Assembly (NCBI GenBank): GCA_964563355.1
Contig: CAZLVU010000002.1
Location: forward strand, 3,805-67,804
Source: an uncultured Candidatus Poseidoniales archaeon
GTDB taxonomy: Archaea > Thermoplasmatota > Poseidoniia > Poseidoniales > Thalassarchaeaceae
DNA length: 64,000 nt
Direction of reading: 5' to 3'
The position numbers were made by a program, and so were the translations under genes. The notes beneath the pieces are model-generated. The model searched no databases. It was not told the origin of the DNA and worked only from the letters and a program-made list of their open reading frames with translations. Below, piece by piece: positions 62,604 through 64,000 of the stretch (within the stretch, counting starts at the first letter, position 1; every line of letters begins with the position of its first letter).

Positions 62604-63677
62604 TTAAGAAATCAGTTTCTCTCGAGCACTGGCTATTTCGAAGTCATGGGGGTAGGCTTCTACAGCCGCGTCTACCATTCGGTGGACCTCCCGGTGTCTG
62701 CCTATGGCCATCAGTAGCTTTCCAATTGAATATAGCAAGGAGGTTCTGTTTCCGAGGTGAGGACCTACGCCATCTAGCAATACTGTTGCCTCAGCAACAT
62801 TCTGCTCCTTGGCAGCTCTCATCGCGGACAAGAGTTGCTTCTTGATTTCCGAAGAGCTCCATTCTTCCTGTTGATGCCAAGGCCAGAAAGAAGGTTTTTG
62901 TTCGGAAGTAGACTTTTCCTGGGGATGGGGTGCAGTTTCCTCCACTACCGGGGTCGCGCTAAACTTTGGGATTTTTGAGAGGGTGGAGGTCGGAAGCGGA
63001 CCATCTTCACCGGAGGTCGTCTCCTCGGATGCTGGGAGAGTGTTCGCGAACGCTGCCTCGAATGCGTCTACCTTGCCATCGCCATCGAAGTCGGCAGGAT
63101 GAATCGGGGGAGCCTCAATCTGTTCACTTGACCAGCCATTAGTGTCCGGTACTTCACTAGCTGAAACGACTTCAACGAACTCTGGGGTCTCTGACGTTGG
63201 CTGAATCAATTCAATGTGGTGTGGGGCTTCATCCTCAGTCTCATCGTCCACCGCCGATTGATCTGGGACTTCGAATTTGTTAACGAACTCTGGTATGTCT
63301 TCCTCAGTAAGTTCATACTCCTCTTCCAACACCTCAGTTGGATTGATGATTGATGCTAAGTCGGGTTGTTGGTTGATGAAAACCTCATCGTCATCGCCGT
63401 ACTGGGCCACTTCGACTGTAACATCGTCCATTGAGAAAGATGGGGGTAGTGCTTCCTCTTGTTCGCTTTCCTCTTCGATCTCACTAGCCAACTGGTCCAG
63501 AAGGTCGGATGACTGTTCTTGGTCCAGGGTGGGATTCTGCATGAAGGAGGGGGTGTTGATCTGGTAGTAGCATCGGGTGCACACAGCGGCGCCTTCCTGA
63601 TTCCGATGCTGGCAGGATGGGCAAGACACCCCCTCAGGCTCTGACTTCTTCCAAGACCTGAACTTATCGAAAACCAT
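62604..63677 (-). CDS. Zinc-ribbon protein with acidic linker, EF-hand loop and helical C-terminal domain (hypothetical)
   Basis: The N-terminus has CPSCQHRNQEGAAVCTRCYY. About 150 aa of D/E-rich sequence follow. There is a canonical 12-residue EF-hand loop, DFDGDGKVDAFE. The C-terminus is TPR-like and helical (QLLSAMRAAKEQNVAEATVLL...). Confidence 0.65.
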   Translation of the reverse strand: MVFDKFRSWKKSEPEGVSCPSCQHRNQEGAAVCTRCYYQINTPSFMQNPTLDQEQSSDLLDQLASEIEEESEQEEALPPSFSMDDVTVEVAQYGDDDEVFINQQPDLASIINPTEVLEEEYELTEEDIPEFVNKFEVPDQSAVDDETEDEAPHHIELIQPTSETPEFVEVVSASEVPDTNGWSSEQIEAPPIHPADFDGDGKVDAFEAAFANTLPASEETTSGEDGPLPTSTLSKIPKFSATPVVEETAPHPQEKSTSEQKPSFWPWHQQEEWSSSEIKKQLLSAMRAAKEQNVAEATVLLDGVGPHLGNRTSLLYSIGKLLMAIGRHREVHRMVDAAVEAYPHDFEIASAREKLIS

Positions 63678-63801
63678 GTCCCAGCACCCCCGACGGTTCT
63701 CTCGGTGTCACTTTGCGTTTAATTCTCACCCGAGGAAGTCAGCTACCCACTGAAGGAGTCAGTCAGGTAATCGTGATAGGGGCTGAACCTGACGGAGTAG
63801 C

Positions 63802-64000
63802 GTGAGTGGGGCGGAACGAGCTATCCCCTCTCGTTTCAAAAGAAGCCAGGACCATCATGAAGCCTTCCTTCGCCTGATTCGTTGGGAATTGGACGATGAG
63901 CTTGCCATGACTGAGGAAAGGCTTCGGAATTGGTCGGACGCAAAGCTCCGAGCTAACGGAATTGCCCTCTTCAACCTCTTTGCAAAGACTGACGGTTGGC
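63802..64000 (+). CDS. Superfamily-1 helicase of the Upf1/IGHMBP2-like type, N-terminal fragment (continues beyond window)
   Basis: My translation from GTG 63802 is VSGAERAIPSRFKRSQDHHEAFLRLIRWELDDELAMTEERLRNWSDAKLRANGIALFNLFAKTDGW. It resembles the N-terminal beta-barrel lead-in of IGHMBP2-type helicases (F...L.LLELER..E.E......S...L...G.AL..L). The ORF opens after the stop at 63790 and runs to the window edge. Confidence 0.45.
   Translation, partial: MSGAERAIPSRFKRSQDHHEAFLRLIRWELDDELAMTEERLRNWSDAKLRANGIALFNLFAKTDGW

Overview
This looks like an archaeal chromosomal segment. The evidence is an archaeal-type FEN-1, Sec61-beta, RpoD/Rpo3, an S13-S4-S11-RpoD block, an archaeal LeuRS and a PGF-CTERM sorting signal. 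It also carries an aerobic, bacterial-looking metabolic set: aa3-type cytochrome oxidase coxB-coxA-coxC plus a subunit-IV-like gene, MaeB, ATP-type PckA, homodimeric-type AceE and a fused RibD. This gene content fits a Marine Group II / Poseidoniales-like Thermoplasmatota genome, but that assignment is inference only. I call about 47 protein-coding genes and 2 tRNAs (Ser-UGA, Arg-UCG, both with encoded CCA). I found no rRNA, no CRISPR array and no convincing mobile element. Genes are tightly packed, with several 0-12 nt gaps or overlaps. The points most worth a second look are: (1) An 8.5-kb gene for a PGF-CTERM-anchored acidic surface protein. It is built from an unrecognised Cys-rich module ending in GPCEEPPSPFTL, and also contains an embedded type-1 periplasmic-binding-protein domain and about 25 thrombospondin-type-3 calcium-binding repeats. 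(2) A co-directional minus-strand cluster made of an 8.6-kb propeller/FN3-like surface protein, a Zn-ribbon membrane protein, a small ORF, and a secreted TSP3 protein with a (GQ)n microsatellite. (3) A CoxI with a 230-aa N-terminal extracytoplasmic extension that resembles a Reeler domain. (4) A three-gene cluster headed by a 1245-aa, roughly 30-TM protein of unknown family. (5) A tight leuS / DCC-oxidoreductase / CDIN1(TPD)-like nuclease operon. (6) A maeB whose conserved N-terminus has no canonical start codon. All functional calls come from reading motifs in the supplied and my own translations. No database search or computation was run, and family comparisons are from memory.
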